Assembly: GCA_035457485.1 (NCBI GenBank)
Contig: DATIBO010000006.1
Span: 434,659 to 498,658, forward strand
Reading direction: 5' to 3'
Origin: Candidatus Saccharimonadales bacterium
GTDB taxonomy: Bacteria; Patescibacteriota; Saccharimonadia; Saccharimonadales; EFPC-124
Length of the DNA stretch: 64,000 bases
Shown here piece after piece: positions 1-9,132 of the stretch. The translations under genes were made by a program, and so were the position numbers. The notes beneath the pieces are model-generated. The model made no database searches. It was given only the letters and a program-made list of their open reading frames with translations, and was not told where the DNA came from. Every line of letters begins with the position of its first letter. Within the stretch, counting starts at the first letter, position 1.

Positions 1-1
1 G

Positions 2-256
2 AACTTAGCCCATCCAAGAGAAGTATTCGCAGGGCCACTGACAGATAGAGCAGCGTCGATTATTATTGCTCATAACCATTGTAGTGGTATCTGTGAGCCA
101 TCTAGCCAGGACATTCAGACAACCCAGCAGTTGGCGGCAGCGGGTGTATTGCTTGGCATACCGCTGGTTGAGCATCTGATCGTTACAAAGACAGGGTATT
201 TCAGCTTTCGGGAGCAAGGTTTGATTGACAGAGCTATTCACCAAGCTAACAGGTAA
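2..256 (+). CDS. radC: RadC-like JAB/MPN domain protein, C-terminal part (5' end outside window)
   Basis: Frame 2 reads ...SIIIAHNHCSGICEPSQDIQTTQQLAAAGVLLGIPLVEHLIVTKTGYFSFREQG...stop at 254-256. The HNHxSG plus S..D motif and LGI..DHxI pattern are typical of RadC. It is absent from the ORF track because there is no in-window start. Confidence 0.7.
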   Translation, partial: NLAHPREVFAGPLTDRAASIIIAHNHCSGICEPSSQDIQTTQQLAAAGVLLGIPLVEHLIVTKTGYFSFREQGLIDRAIHQANR

Positions 257-270
257 GGTATTATTAGAGC

Positions 271-1194
271 ATGAAAATATTTATTATCAGCCCCAACGCC
301 GAAAGAATGTTTACCGAAGAGCACCGTAACGCCCTTAATGCTGTTGGTGGTGTAACCGTCTTTGGTGAGATAAAGCCCTTTGATCAACTTACAGAGTTAT
401 ATGATGGTGACGAACCGCGTATTGTAGCTGTTGACCCAGATTTTAGCGATTGGAAGTTTCCGAACGAGGTTATAGATAAAATACCCAGTCTAAAGGCGAT
501 CGTATTACAGACCACATCCTTTAGCTGGTTGGACATACAGTATGCCGCGAAGAAAGGTATACCTGTCGTCAATTTGCGGGGCTTTTCTAGTATTGCCGTC
601 GCTGAGTGGGTCGTGATGCTCACGCTTGCTTTGGCTCGACGCTTACCAGTCGTAGTGAAAGATGGCTGGAAGCTTGACTACGAAAAACATCGTGGCTTTG
701 AATTGCGTGGTAAAAAGGCAGGTGTGATTGGTCTTGGGCGCATCGGTACGGCGGTAGCCGAGAATCTAAAGGGTCTCGGCATGAACGTGCAGTATTGGTC
801 GAGAAACAGTGAAGACGAGCGTTTTGATAAGGTGGAGCTTGATGAGCTAATGCGTAGCTCGGATGTTATTGTATCGGCCGTAGCTCACAATGATGAGACA
901 GAAGGCTTGCTGAGCGATGAGGCGGTTAGATGCATGAAGCCAACGGCATTGTTGATAGACATCACTCACCCTATCTACAGCACCGAACTTGTTTTGCAAC
1001 TAGCTGCTGATGGTAAGATTGGTGGCTATGCGTTCGAGGACGAGAAGAACGCTTTCGGGCATTATGCTGGTAACGTGTGGAACGGTCCAGCACTCGGCTG
1101 GTGTACGAACGAGAGCATGAGTAAGAACGCTCAGCAATGGGTCGAGGCTATAGTTACTGCGGCTGGGGGTGAGTATCCAACGCGGGTAAATTAA
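271..1194 (+). CDS. D-isomer-specific 2-hydroxyacid dehydrogenase, NAD-binding
   Basis: 307-aa ORF with Rossmann motif GKKAGVIGLGRIGTAVAENLKGLG and family-typical layout. Confidence 0.85.
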   Translation: MKIFIISPNAERMFTEEHRNALNAVGGVTVFGEIKPFDQLTELYDGDEPRIVAVDPDFSDWKFPNEVIDKIPSLKAIVLQTTSFSWLDIQYAAKKGIPVVNLRGFSSIAVAEWVVMLTLALARRLPVVVKDGWKLDYEKHRGFELRGKKAGVIGLGRIGTAVAENLKGLGMNVQYWSRNSEDERFDKVELDELMRSSDVIVSAVAHNDETEGLLSDEAVRCMKPTALLIDITHPIYSTELVLQLAADGKIGGYAFEDEKNAFGHYAGNVWNGPALGWCTNESMSKNAQQWVEAIVTAAGGEYPTRVN

Positions 1195-1199
1195 CACCT

Positions 1200-1643
1200 A
1201 TGAATGACTACCTAAGGCAAGCTGTAAATCTATCCCGTAAATCATTTGAGGCCGGTGAGTTTCCGGCTGGTGCGATACTTGTTACTGAAGCTGGTAATGT
1301 GTACGAAAGCGACCCGTCTTTGCCGCATTATCACGGCGAGTGCATGGTTATAGATAAAGCTATTAGGGCCGAAGGCTACCCGCTTACTGGTGCAGTTATG
1401 TATGGCTCTATGGAATCTTGCCTGATGTGTTCGGCGAAAATGTATTGGGCTGGTATTACCGAAGTGCATTTTGTTATCCCTAAGGAAAAGACCAACACAC
1501 TCTATGCTTATGAGGACGATCTACCCATGCAAGGCCGCATTAAGCAGTTCAACACACCGATTACGGCCACACAAGACAGCGGCTTGCTTGATGAGGCACT
1601 AGGGCTGTACGAGGCTTGGGTTAAGAAGATTGAAAATAAGTAA
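1200..1643 (+). CDS. CMP/dCMP-type zinc deaminase family protein
   Basis: HGECMVI (H-x-E) and SCLMCSAKMYWAGI (C-x2-C) zinc-ligand motifs. Confidence 0.7.
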   Translation: MNDYLRQAVNLSRKSFEAGEFPAGAILVTEAGNVYESDPSLPHYHGECMVIDKAIRAEGYPLTGAVMYGSMESCLMCSAKMYWAGITEVHFVIPKEKTNTLYAYEDDLPMQGRIKQFNTPITATQDSGLLDEALGLYEAWVKKIENK

Positions 1644-1645
1644 AC

Positions 1646-2257
1646 ATGCCAGCGCGTAAGTACCTTAGCCCCGAAGACCTACACGAAAACAAAATAGTCT
1701 ACCTCTCGCCGGGCCACGCACCCGGTATGGTTACGACAATCGGCCCAGCCGGTAATGTGAATGTAGCAACCTTTGAGCAAACTATGATTGTTTCGTACCG
1801 CCCACCCCGCGTAATGATCGCTATCTCGCCCAAGTGCGACACACACAAGAACATTCAGGACGGTAGCGATTGCGTGGTTGGTTTTCCGCGCCCGGAGTAT
1901 ATCCAAGTTGCGTATGATGGTGGGGTCAAAACTCCCCGTGACATATCGGAGCTTGATGTAATTGAAAACATTTCCACCTTTGCGTCTAAGCTGGTTACTC
2001 CGCCCTCACTTGACCAATGCTGGATTAACATGGAGTGCAAGCTCAAAAGCATAACACCCGCTGGCGACCATGACCTTGTACTGCTCGATGTAGTTAGCGT
2101 TGCGTTAGACGAAGATGTATGGCGTGATGACAAGGTGGAGCGCCGAAATAATTTGCCAGCCGTATACTACACAACGTCCGGGCATTTTTTCGTGCCGGGC
2201 GAACGTATGCACGTCAGTCTAAGCGAAGATTTGAAGAAGTACGATAACGGCGATTAG
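1646..2257 (+). CDS. flavin reductase-like (FMN-binding split-barrel) protein
   Basis: 203-aa ORF. N-terminal VNVATF...S..PP and C-terminal GDHDLVLLDVVSV pattern are typical of the flavin reductase-like domain. Confidence 0.55.
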   Translation: MPARKYLSPEDLHENKIVYLSPGHAPGMVTTIGPAGNVNVATFEQTMIVSYRPPRVMIAISPKCDTHKNIQDGSDCVVGFPRPEYIQVAYDGGVKTPRDISELDVIENISTFASKLVTPPSLDQCWINMECKLKSITPAGDHDLVLLDVVSVALDEDVWRDDKVERRNNLPAVYYTTSGHFFVPGERMHVSLSEDLKKYDNGD

Positions 2258-2273
2258 GTAGTAAAATGTAGCT

Positions 2274-2792
2274 ATGGAAACGCAGCTAGACATTACCGAA
2301 AATACCGTACTTCGCATGATTAGTGAGCCAAACCTCGGAACGGATGCAACCGGCCACTTCAGGAAACATGACGACATAGCGGCGGAGCTGGGCGAAACCA
2401 ACGAGTCCCTCCAACCAATTATCGACAAGTTATTGGCCCAAAAACTTATACGTACCGTTAATGATAAGTTCGAGCAGATACACAGACACGCTCTTGAATA
2501 TACCGCTTACCAGATCACGGAGTTAGGCAAAAGCCACATGCAACAAAACAGCCACCCCGTACCAACTATTTATAGCAACATCAACGGCTCGAACATTGCC
2601 CACAATTCATCAAATGTTACGCAGACGATTTCAGCAAGCAACATGCCGCCTGATATACAGGAAAAGATTAAAGAGTTCGACGCAGCCGTGAAGCAAAAAG
2701 ACGCCTCAGCCATGAAACGGATATTTGGCTACATTGCAGATAAAACCGTTGACGTGGCAATCGCATTAGTAACGGGGACATTGGTGCGTTAG
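2274..2792 (+). CDS. hypothetical protein, possible winged-helix N-terminal half
   Basis: 172-aa ORF. The LQPIIDKLLAQKLIRTV...YQITELGKSH segment looks wHTH-like. The Asn/Ser-rich motif NGSNIAHNSSNVTQT is shared with the next ORF. Confidence 0.4.
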   Translation: METQLDITENTVLRMISEPNLGTDATGHFRKHDDIAAELGETNESLQPIIDKLLAQKLIRTVNDKFEQIHRHALEYTAYQITELGKSHMQQNSHPVPTIYSNINGSNIAHNSSNVTQTISASNMPPDIQEKIKEFDAAVKQKDASAMKRIFGYIADKTVDVAIALVTGTLVR

Positions 2793-2793
2793 C

Positions 2794-3027
2794 ATGGACG
2801 ACTTAACCAAGAAGACGGATGACGAGCTGCGGGATATTATGCGTACAAGCATTGCGAACTCGTATGTTCCGCAGTCTATACACAATAGAGCAAAACAGGA
2901 GCTAGAGTTCAGGATGCAGCAAAGACCAACCTACAACCTGACTAATTCCAATCTATCCATTAACTCCACGAATGTTAGCCAGTCTACTGAAGTAATCAAT
3001 GAGCCGAAACAGGGTTCAACAGAGTAG
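2794..3027 (+). CDS. hypothetical small protein
   Basis: 77-aa ORF starting 2 nt after the previous stop. Shares motif NSNLSINSTNVSQS with the upstream ORF. Confidence 0.35.
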   Translation: MDDLTKKTDDELRDIMRTSIANSYVPQSIHNRAKQELEFRMQQRPTYNLTNSNLSINSTNVSQSTEVINEPKQGSTE

Positions 3028-3049
3028 CCTATACCTGTAAAATATAGGC

Positions 3050-3895
3050 ATGTCCGACGTGCTGCATATTTTTGATATAGATAAGCAATTAGCAAGGCTA
3101 AAACATGCCAACACACAAGGAAGCAGTTTGGCCAATAGTATTCAGGCGTGGTCTAAAGCAAGTTTAAGCACTACGCCCATAATAAATTCGGACAGAAAAG
3201 GTTGGGCGTTACGATTGGACGTTGCCAAGCCACCACCCTTTGATGATTGGAGCCTTATTTTAAGTGATGCCACCAATCAACTCAGAAGTGCATTGGATAA
3301 TCTCGTGTTCTCTGTGCTTACGCCACTACCTAGCTCTGGTGCGGCTAAAAACGAGAAGCTAATCAAGTTTCCGATTGCGTCATCGGCTAAAGAATGGAAG
3401 AGCGCTAAAGTCTCAATAGAGCATTTGCCAGTTGAGTACCGTGATCGTATTGAACAATGGCAGCCATTTCAAAGACTCAGCAAGGGCGGAAATCTGGAAG
3501 AGGACGGCTTGGTATGGTTACAGCGGTTAAGCAACGTCGATAAGCACGCCTTACAAGTTGAGCCATTGATAAGCACCTCTGAGATGAATCACGAGTTTGC
3601 TCTTGAGTTTGTAACCCTAGAGGACGCAGGTATCAGCTTGCCGCCCCAAGTCGAAGTGATTAACCCTAAATTTGAAGACGGGGCATTACTCATGCGGCAG
3701 TTGACGGCGGGAAAAATTCAGTCAGTTAAGGGCAATTACCATGTTAAGGCACGGGTTCTGGTTAATCTTGAGGGCGGTCAGTACGGTATTACTGAGCTTC
3801 TGGCGAACATCTGGGAATATACGGCCGTAACTATGCAATATGTAACTGGCATTGCCGATGACGAATGGAAGCGTTGGTATTCAAGCGTTACGTAG
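3050..3895 (+). CDS. hypothetical protein
   Basis: 281-aa ORF with native composition. No motif recognised beyond RLSNVDKHAL. Confidence 0.45.
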   Translation: MSDVLHIFDIDKQLARLKHANTQGSSLANSIQAWSKASLSTTPIINSDRKGWALRLDVAKPPPFDDWSLILSDATNQLRSALDNLVFSVLTPLPSSGAAKNEKLIKFPIASSAKEWKSAKVSIEHLPVEYRDRIEQWQPFQRLSKGGNLEEDGLVWLQRLSNVDKHALQVEPLISTSEMNHEFALEFVTLEDAGISLPPQVEVINPKFEDGALLMRQLTAGKIQSVKGNYHVKARVLVNLEGGQYGITELLANIWEYTAVTMQYVTGIADDEWKRWYSSVT

Positions 3896-4098
3896 GGTCT
3901 GGGTTATCGGCCAAAGACCTTTTTGGTCGCTCGTTGTAATATTGGCACTCTCTAGCTTGAAGTGCTAATGCTAGAGTATAATGTGCATGGAGCTACTCCG
4001 CTAGGACTTTGACATACCGAAGATTGTGAACACAGGCCAGGCAGACTGCAAATAGCAGTTAGCTGGTATGTCGGCCAGTTTAATCAGGAAACAAACAT

Positions 4099-4275
4099 AT
4101 GGCAAAGCCAGCGTTTAGACCTGGACAAACAGCTCTCAAATCGGGACAGTACGAGCGGATCAACCGTGTCGGCAACCCGACTGGGAAAGAGGTGACGGTT
4201 ACGCGGGGTGAACCCCTGCCGCCAACACCAAAAAAAGGCCAGACTTTTCGCTTAGTTGATCCGACTAAGCACTGA
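4099..4275 (+). CDS. YjzC-like small protein
   Basis: 58-aa ORF not in the track (below its length cutoff): MAKPAFRPGQTALKSGQYERINRVGNPTGKEVTVTRGEPLPPTPKKGQTFRLVDPTKH. The GQ..SG.Y......G....EVT...GE.LPPTP..GQ.F.LV pattern is typical of the YjzC family. Confidence 0.55.
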   Translation: MAKPAFRPGQTALKSGQYERINRVGNPTGKEVTVTRGEPLPPTPKKGQTFRLVDPTKH

Positions 4276-4468
4276 CCTTTTTAAGCACTAGGAGTAGCTT
4301 CACTAAGTATCATAGCATAAGCATTATCCGTAAGTGTGAATACCACCACTCACTTGATTAGTAAAAACTTCTGGTAGGGTACTTCTAAGATCGTCCTCCA
4401 TCGGTTGTATTCTTCTCTGATAAAGTGAAAACTTTTTTCCACTTGCTGCACCATAAATGAACCAACAT

Positions 4469-4490
4469 AGACGGATATAACCGTCTTTTT
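4469..4490 (+). terminator. rho-independent terminator-like hairpin
   Basis: AGACGG-atataa-CCGTCT followed by TTTTT. Confidence 0.5.
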
Positions 4491-4510
4491 GTTATGTTAC
4501 AATCAGTCTA

Positions 4511-4990
4511 ATGAACATTCATTTTATATGTCGAGGCAATGTCCTAAGGAGCCTTATAGCCGAGACGTATTTGAGGTCTTTAGGTGTTGATGGGGTCGAA
4601 GTTATATCTAGTGGTACAAACGTTAATTGGAGCGATCCTCAGGAACGGGAGTATTTTGCCAATACGCTATCCGTCCTAGGCGGACATGGAATTAAACCAT
4701 ACGCAAAATCGAACGCAGAACAATTAACCCAAGAACGTATAGATAGCTGCCATGACATTATTGTTTTGATGAATCAAAGGGTTGTTGATGAAGCGACAAA
4801 AATCGTCCAACTGCCGGACAACTTTTTTAACTGGGATATTATTGATATTGGTGAGGGTCATCGCACTAATGTCGACAGCCATAAATTATATGAAGAAGAG
4901 ATATATCAAGAGATTACGCATAAAGTCGATTCTTTAATAGAAAGTATGAATTATAACTCTATCGACGACGATTTAGTTAGTTCGCAGTAA
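4511..4990 (+). CDS. low-molecular-weight protein-tyrosine phosphatase / arsenate reductase family
   Basis: N-terminal P-loop ICRGNVLRS (C-x5-R-S). Confidence 0.8.
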   Translation: MNIHFICRGNVLRSLIAETYLRSLGVDGVEVISSGTNVNWSDPQEREYFANTLSVLGGHGIKPYAKSNAEQLTQERIDSCHDIIVLMNQRVVDEATKIVQLPDNFFNWDIIDIGEGHRTNVDSHKLYEEEIYQEITHKVDSLIESMNYNSIDDDLVSSQ

Positions 4991-5456
4991 TTACAAACGG
5001 ACAAATCTTAACGTGGTCGCGCAGCTGGTCGATACCGCTTAATAGCTTATCCTTGGATATCTTGATAATCTTACCGTCCCAAGGGTCGAAGACCTCATAA
5101 AATTTTTCAGTAGCTTTTGTAACCATCATAAAATGAGGAAGGTGCGTCCAGCCATCGGTAATGTTGTTATCAACATAAACAATAAAAGGTGCGGTTAAAG
5201 AGTTGAGGAGTTTATCGTCATTCTTTTTGTGGAGCATATTAATGCGTGGATTGTTAACCCATTTCTTTAATTTCCCAAGGTAGAAGTTATTATCTACGTA
5301 GATTGTTGCCGATTTGTCTTTATAACGGTCAAGGAAAGCTAAAAGGCATCCAAATGTATAATTTTCACGGAGGCGGAAAAGTCCTTCACTAAGAATGCTC
5401 TGTTCTTTCTCGCGAGTTGGCTCAATATCAAATAGGTACATCAAATCAACGACCAA
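4977..5456 (-). CDS. papain-fold (C39-like) cysteine peptidase domain protein
   Basis: 159-aa ORF. Candidate Cys-His-Asp triad in ENYTFGCLLAFL, LPHFMMVTK and VFDPWDG. Overlaps the 3' end of the PTP gene by 14 nt. Confidence 0.4.
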   Translation of the reverse strand: MVVDLMYLFDIEPTREKEQSILSEGLFRLRENYTFGCLLAFLDRYKDKSATIYVDNNFYLGKLKKWVNNPRINMLHKKNDDKLLNSLTAPFIVYVDNNITDGWTHLPHFMMVTKATEKFYEVFDPWDGKIIKISKDKLLSGIDQLRDHVKICPFVITAN

Positions 5457-5612
5457 ACAGCCTTGATACTTTGTTGTTTATAATCCATGTTTAGCATTGT
5501 AGGTTTTTATATATTTATTAACAAGACTTAGTAGGGATATTATGAGCGCTTTTTTATGATAGGTATCCAGGTAAGTTAGCAAATTCTGTAGCTCTACTCC
5601 AAAAGATCATTC

Positions 5613-5632
5613 GGACGCTTCGGCGTCCTTTT
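5613..5632 (+). terminator. orphan rho-independent terminator
   Basis: GGACGC-ttcg-GCGTCC followed by TTTT. There is no plus-strand CDS upstream. Confidence 0.5.
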
Positions 5633-5687
5633 CATTTAACTTAAGTGCTAAAATTGAAGTGGGCATAACTTAAAAATAGGAGTATAC

Positions 5688-6068
5688 ATGGCTAAATATG
5701 TTGATGGGTTCGTTCTTGTAATTCCTAAGGGCAAGCAAGCTGAATATGAAGAAATGGCTAAAATGGGCCGTGATTCCTGGATGAAGCATGGGGCGCTTCA
5801 GTATTTTGAGTGCAGAGGTGAAGATCTTAAACAGCAAGAAATGAATGGTCAGAAATCTCGAGCTTTTAAAGAGATGGCGGGTGCAAATGATGATGAAAAT
5901 GTTTGGTTTTCTTTTATTGTTTTTAAATCCAAAGAGCACCGTGACGAAGTAAACAAAAAAGTCATGGACGAAATGGGCGAAACTTACAAAGACCAGGCGG
6001 ATTTTGAAATGCCTAACGATATGACAAAAATGGCTTACGGAGGTTTTGAAGTGATGGTTGAGGGTTAG
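5688..6068 (+). CDS. DUF1428 family protein
   Basis: MAKYVDGFVLVIPKGK...EYEEMA...WMKHGALQYFEC is typical of DUF1428 (YbaA-like). Confidence 0.75.
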   Translation: MAKYVDGFVLVIPKGKQAEYEEMAKMGRDSWMKHGALQYFECRGEDLKQQEMNGQKSRAFKEMAGANDDENVWFSFIVFKSKEHRDEVNKKVMDEMGETYKDQADFEMPNDMTKMAYGGFEVMVEG

Positions 6069-6131
6069 CTCGGGAGTATTGCGGAACCAACAACGCTTGG
6101 TTGCTTTTAGGCAAAAGTATATATTGGAAGT

Positions 6132-8264
6132 ATGACCACAAAATTCGCTACTTCAAAACTGGAGCATGATATGACTTACACTTGCCCAATGCACCCAGAA
6201 ATTCAGCAAAAGAATCCAGGTTTATGTCCTGAGTGCGGAATGAATTTGGTTCCCGCAAAAAAGACCGTTGTTAATAAGCATGATGTGGTCGACAAACACG
6301 CCGGTCATTCCCCGAATATGTTTAAGCAAAAGTTTTTGCTGAGTTTGATCTTGACGATTCCTACCGTAGTGTTTTCTACGTCGGTGCAAAGTTGGTTTGG
6401 TTATAGCTGGACTTTTTGGGGTAGTGGCTACATTCCAGCAATCTTCGGCGCGATTATCTTTTTTTACGGCGGACTTATATTTCTGAAAGGCGCTAAGGTA
6501 GAGTTGGCTGCTCGGCGACCTGGTATGATGACGCTTATTTCCATGGCAATCACCGTGGCTTTTGGCTATAGTTTAGCATCAACACTTGGGCTTGTGTCGG
6601 GGGTAGATTTTTGGTGGGAATTGGCTACGCTGGTAACTATCATGCTACTCGGCCACTGGTTGGAGATGGCTTCGGTAATGGGTGCGCAAGGGGCACTTAA
6701 AGAGCTCGCTAAATTGCTTCCGGATGAGGCCGAACTGATTATTGACGGTAAGTCCAAAAAAGTTCCTATTAGTGAACTAAGCGTTGGCGATGTGCTACTG
6801 GTGCGGCCTGGGTCGCAGATTCCGGTTGATGGTGTAGTGGTCAAGGGTGAGTCCGATGTAAACGAGGCAATGTTAACTGGCGAATCTAAACCTGTTAAAA
6901 AAACAGTTAAAGAACAAGTGATTGGCGGTACGACCAACGGCAGTGGTTCGCTGACGGTGCGAGTCACTAAGGTCGGCGATAGCACAGTGCTCGCAGGCAT
7001 TATGAAGCTAGTAGCTGATGCACAGGCTAGTAAGTCGCACACTCAAATATTAGCCGACCGAGCGGCATTTTATCTGACGTTTGCTGCCATTGCAGCGGCT
7101 CTTGTTACTGGAGTGGCGTGGACGATTGCTGGGCAATCTGCCGAGTTTATTTTGGAGCGTATCGTAACTGTTCTTGTGATCGCCTGTCCGCACGCCTTGG
7201 GTTTGGCGGTGCCATTAGTCACGGCTATATCGACTACCTTGGCAGCGCGCAATGGTCTGCTCGTTCGTCAGCGTGAGGCTCTTGAAGCTGCTCGCAATGT
7301 AGATGTGATTTTGTTTGATAAAACAGGAACATTAACAAAGGGTGAACAAGGTGTAGTCGATGTTGTTACTATCGAAAAAGAGACGGAACTGTTGATGCTA
7401 GCGGCGGTAGTCGAAGCTGACTCGGAGCACTCCATCGCACGCGCTATTGTTGCCTCGGCCAAGGAGCGCAAAATACCTATCCACCAAGCAACCGACTTTT
7501 CGGCTCTGCCAGGCCGCGGTGCGAAAGCTAACGTTAACGGCAAAGCTACATATGTTGGCGGCCCGCGCTTAATAAAAGAACTAAACGTAGTTTTGCCAGA
7601 TACTTTAGGCCAAGCTGCAAGAGAAGCATCTCAGCAAGGCAAAACCGTAGTTTACGTAATTCAGAATAAGCGCGTACTCGGAGTTGTAATGCTCGCTGAC
7701 GTAATCCGCGACGAATCGCGAGAGGCTGTAGCTGCTTTGCAACGTATGGGCAAGCGAGTAGCCATGCTAACTGGTGATTCCAAAGGTGTGGCGTCGTGGG
7801 TCGCCAGTGAACTAGGTATTACTGAATACTTTGCCGAGGTTCTGCCAGATAGTAAGGTTGAAACGGTTAAACGCCTACAGGCAGACGGCAGTCTAGTGGC
7901 AATGGTTGGCGACGGGGTGAATGATGCTCCAGCATTGACCAGGGCAGATATAGGCATCGCAATTGGCGCCGGTACCGATGTTGCAATCGAGTCTGCGGGT
8001 ATTGTTTTGGCATCTAGCGATCCGCGTGGCGTAGCCAAAATACTTATATTGTCCAAATCTACTTATCGTAAAATGCTTCAGAACCTATTGTGGGCGGCCG
8101 GCTACAACGTAATCGCTATTCCATTGGCTGCGGGCGTTGCGGCAACACTAGGTTTTGTACTATCACCAGCGCTTGGAGCTGTCTTGATGTCACTGTCTAC
8201 TATTATCGTAGCGAGCAATGCCCAACTACTACGAAACCTAGATCTCAATAGAGGGTTACGCTAG
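6132..8264 (+). CDS. copB: heavy-metal (copper) translocating P1B-type ATPase, CPH (CopB-like) subtype
   Basis: DKTGTLT, GDGVNDAPAL and TGES motifs. Transmembrane CPH motif (VIACPHALG). N-terminal CPMHPE...PGLCPECGM metal-binding module. Confidence 0.9.
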   Translation: MTTKFATSKLEHDMTYTCPMHPEIQQKNPGLCPECGMNLVPAKKTVVNKHDVVDKHAGHSPNMFKQKFLLSLILTIPTVVFSTSVQSWFGYSWTFWGSGYIPAIFGAIIFFYGGLIFLKGAKVELAARRPGMMTLISMAITVAFGYSLASTLGLVSGVDFWWELATLVTIMLLGHWLEMASVMGAQGALKELAKLLPDEAELIIDGKSKKVPISELSVGDVLLVRPGSQIPVDGVVVKGESDVNEAMLTGESKPVKKTVKEQVIGGTTNGSGSLTVRVTKVGDSTVLAGIMKLVADAQASKSHTQILADRAAFYLTFAAIAAALVTGVAWTIAGQSAEFILERIVTVLVIACPHALGLAVPLVTAISTTLAARNGLLVRQREALEAARNVDVILFDKTGTLTKGEQGVVDVVTIEKETELLMLAAVVEADSEHSIARAIVASAKERKIPIHQATDFSALPGRGAKANVNGKATYVGGPRLIKELNVVLPDTLGQAAREASQQGKTVVYVIQNKRVLGVVMLADVIRDESREAVAALQRMGKRVAMLTGDSKGVASWVASELGITEYFAEVLPDSKVETVKRLQADGSLVAMVGDGVNDAPALTRADIGIAIGAGTDVAIESAGIVLASSDPRGVAKILILSKSTYRKMLQNLLWAAGYNVIAIPLAAGVAATLGFVLSPALGAVLMSLSTIIVASNAQLLRNLDLNRGLR

Positions 8265-8285
8265 CATCAGGAATAAGGAGTTTTA

Positions 8286-9032
8286 ATGAAGCGATTTGAG
8301 AATAAAAAAGTGTTAATCACTGGTGGAAGCCGCGGTTTAGGTGCTGCAACAGCCAAAAGGTTCGCCCAAGAGGGTGCCGATATCGTTATCAATTACACTG
8401 AACAAAAAGAGGCTGCCGAAGCTGTCGCGCATGAAATTAAATCCTTGGGCGGCAAGGTTATATTGATTCAGGCAGATGTAGGCAACGAGCACAGTGTTAA
8501 AGCAATGGCGGCTAAGGTTGTCGAGCAAGTTGGTTCTGTTGATATTTTGGTGAATAACGCTGGGATAGTTTTTGATGTGCCATTTGACCAAAAAAGTACA
8601 GATCAGTGGCGTCGTACAATGGATGTTAATCTGAACGGGGTTTACTATTGTACAAAATATTTCATGTCACACATCAGTCGAGGCGGCAGTATTGTGAATG
8701 TCGCGTCGACCAACGGTATCGACACATATCACCCCGATTCGATTGACTATGACGTTAGTAAGGCAGGAGTCATAATGTTCACTAAAGCTATGGCCCGTGA
8801 TTTAGCGCCAGACATTAGAATTAACTGTGTTGCGCCGGGCTGGTTCGATACTGATATAAATGCTGATTTGCCCGAGGATTATGTAAAAAAAGAGTCAGAA
8901 AAAATTGCAATGGGAAGGTTTGGTGATCCCAACGAAATAGCCAGCGTTGTTGCATTTTTAGCAAGTGAAGATGCCAGCTTTATGACCGGTTCGGTTGTTG
9001 TAGTCGACGGTGGTTATGGAGGAGCCGTTTAA
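8286..9032 (+). CDS. SDR family oxidoreductase (FabG-like)
   Basis: TGGSRGLGAA cofactor motif, NNAG, and Y-x3-K (YDVSKAG). Confidence 0.85.
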   Translation: MKRFENKKVLITGGSRGLGAATAKRFAQEGADIVINYTEQKEAAEAVAHEIKSLGGKVILIQADVGNEHSVKAMAAKVVEQVGSVDILVNNAGIVFDVPFDQKSTDQWRRTMDVNLNGVYYCTKYFMSHISRGGSIVNVASTNGIDTYHPDSIDYDVSKAGVIMFTKAMARDLAPDIRINCVAPGWFDTDINADLPEDYVKKESEKIAMGRFGDPNEIASVVAFLASEDASFMTGSVVVVDGGYGGAV

Positions 9033-9096
9033 ACTCGGTCGAAAGTGCCCAGCAATCTGGGGATCGTTGCAGAAGGTCAAGTGGTATTATATTACC

Positions 9097-9125
9097 TTGA
9101 CAGTCATAGTAAAACGATATACACT
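9097..9125 (+). promoter_or_regulatory. sigma70-like promoter giving a leaderless padR transcript
   Basis: TTGACA (9097-9102), N17, TACACT (9120-9125), then 7 nt to the ATG at 9133. No SD sequence. Confidence 0.45.
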
Positions 9126-9132
9126 GTATCTC

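Noticed and set aside
5-244. Minus-strand 79-aa ORF at the window start.
   Set aside because: The plus-strand frame 2 over the same bases gives a clear RadC C-terminal domain.
6566-8056. Four antisense ORFs inside copB.
   Set aside because: copB is unambiguous, with all P-type ATPase motifs. The antisense frames are Ser/Thr/Pro/Ala-rich artefacts.
9010-9132. Upstream extension of the PadR ORF.
   Set aside because: The extension overlaps the SDR gene end and the predicted promoter. PadR homology begins at the Met encoded at 9133.
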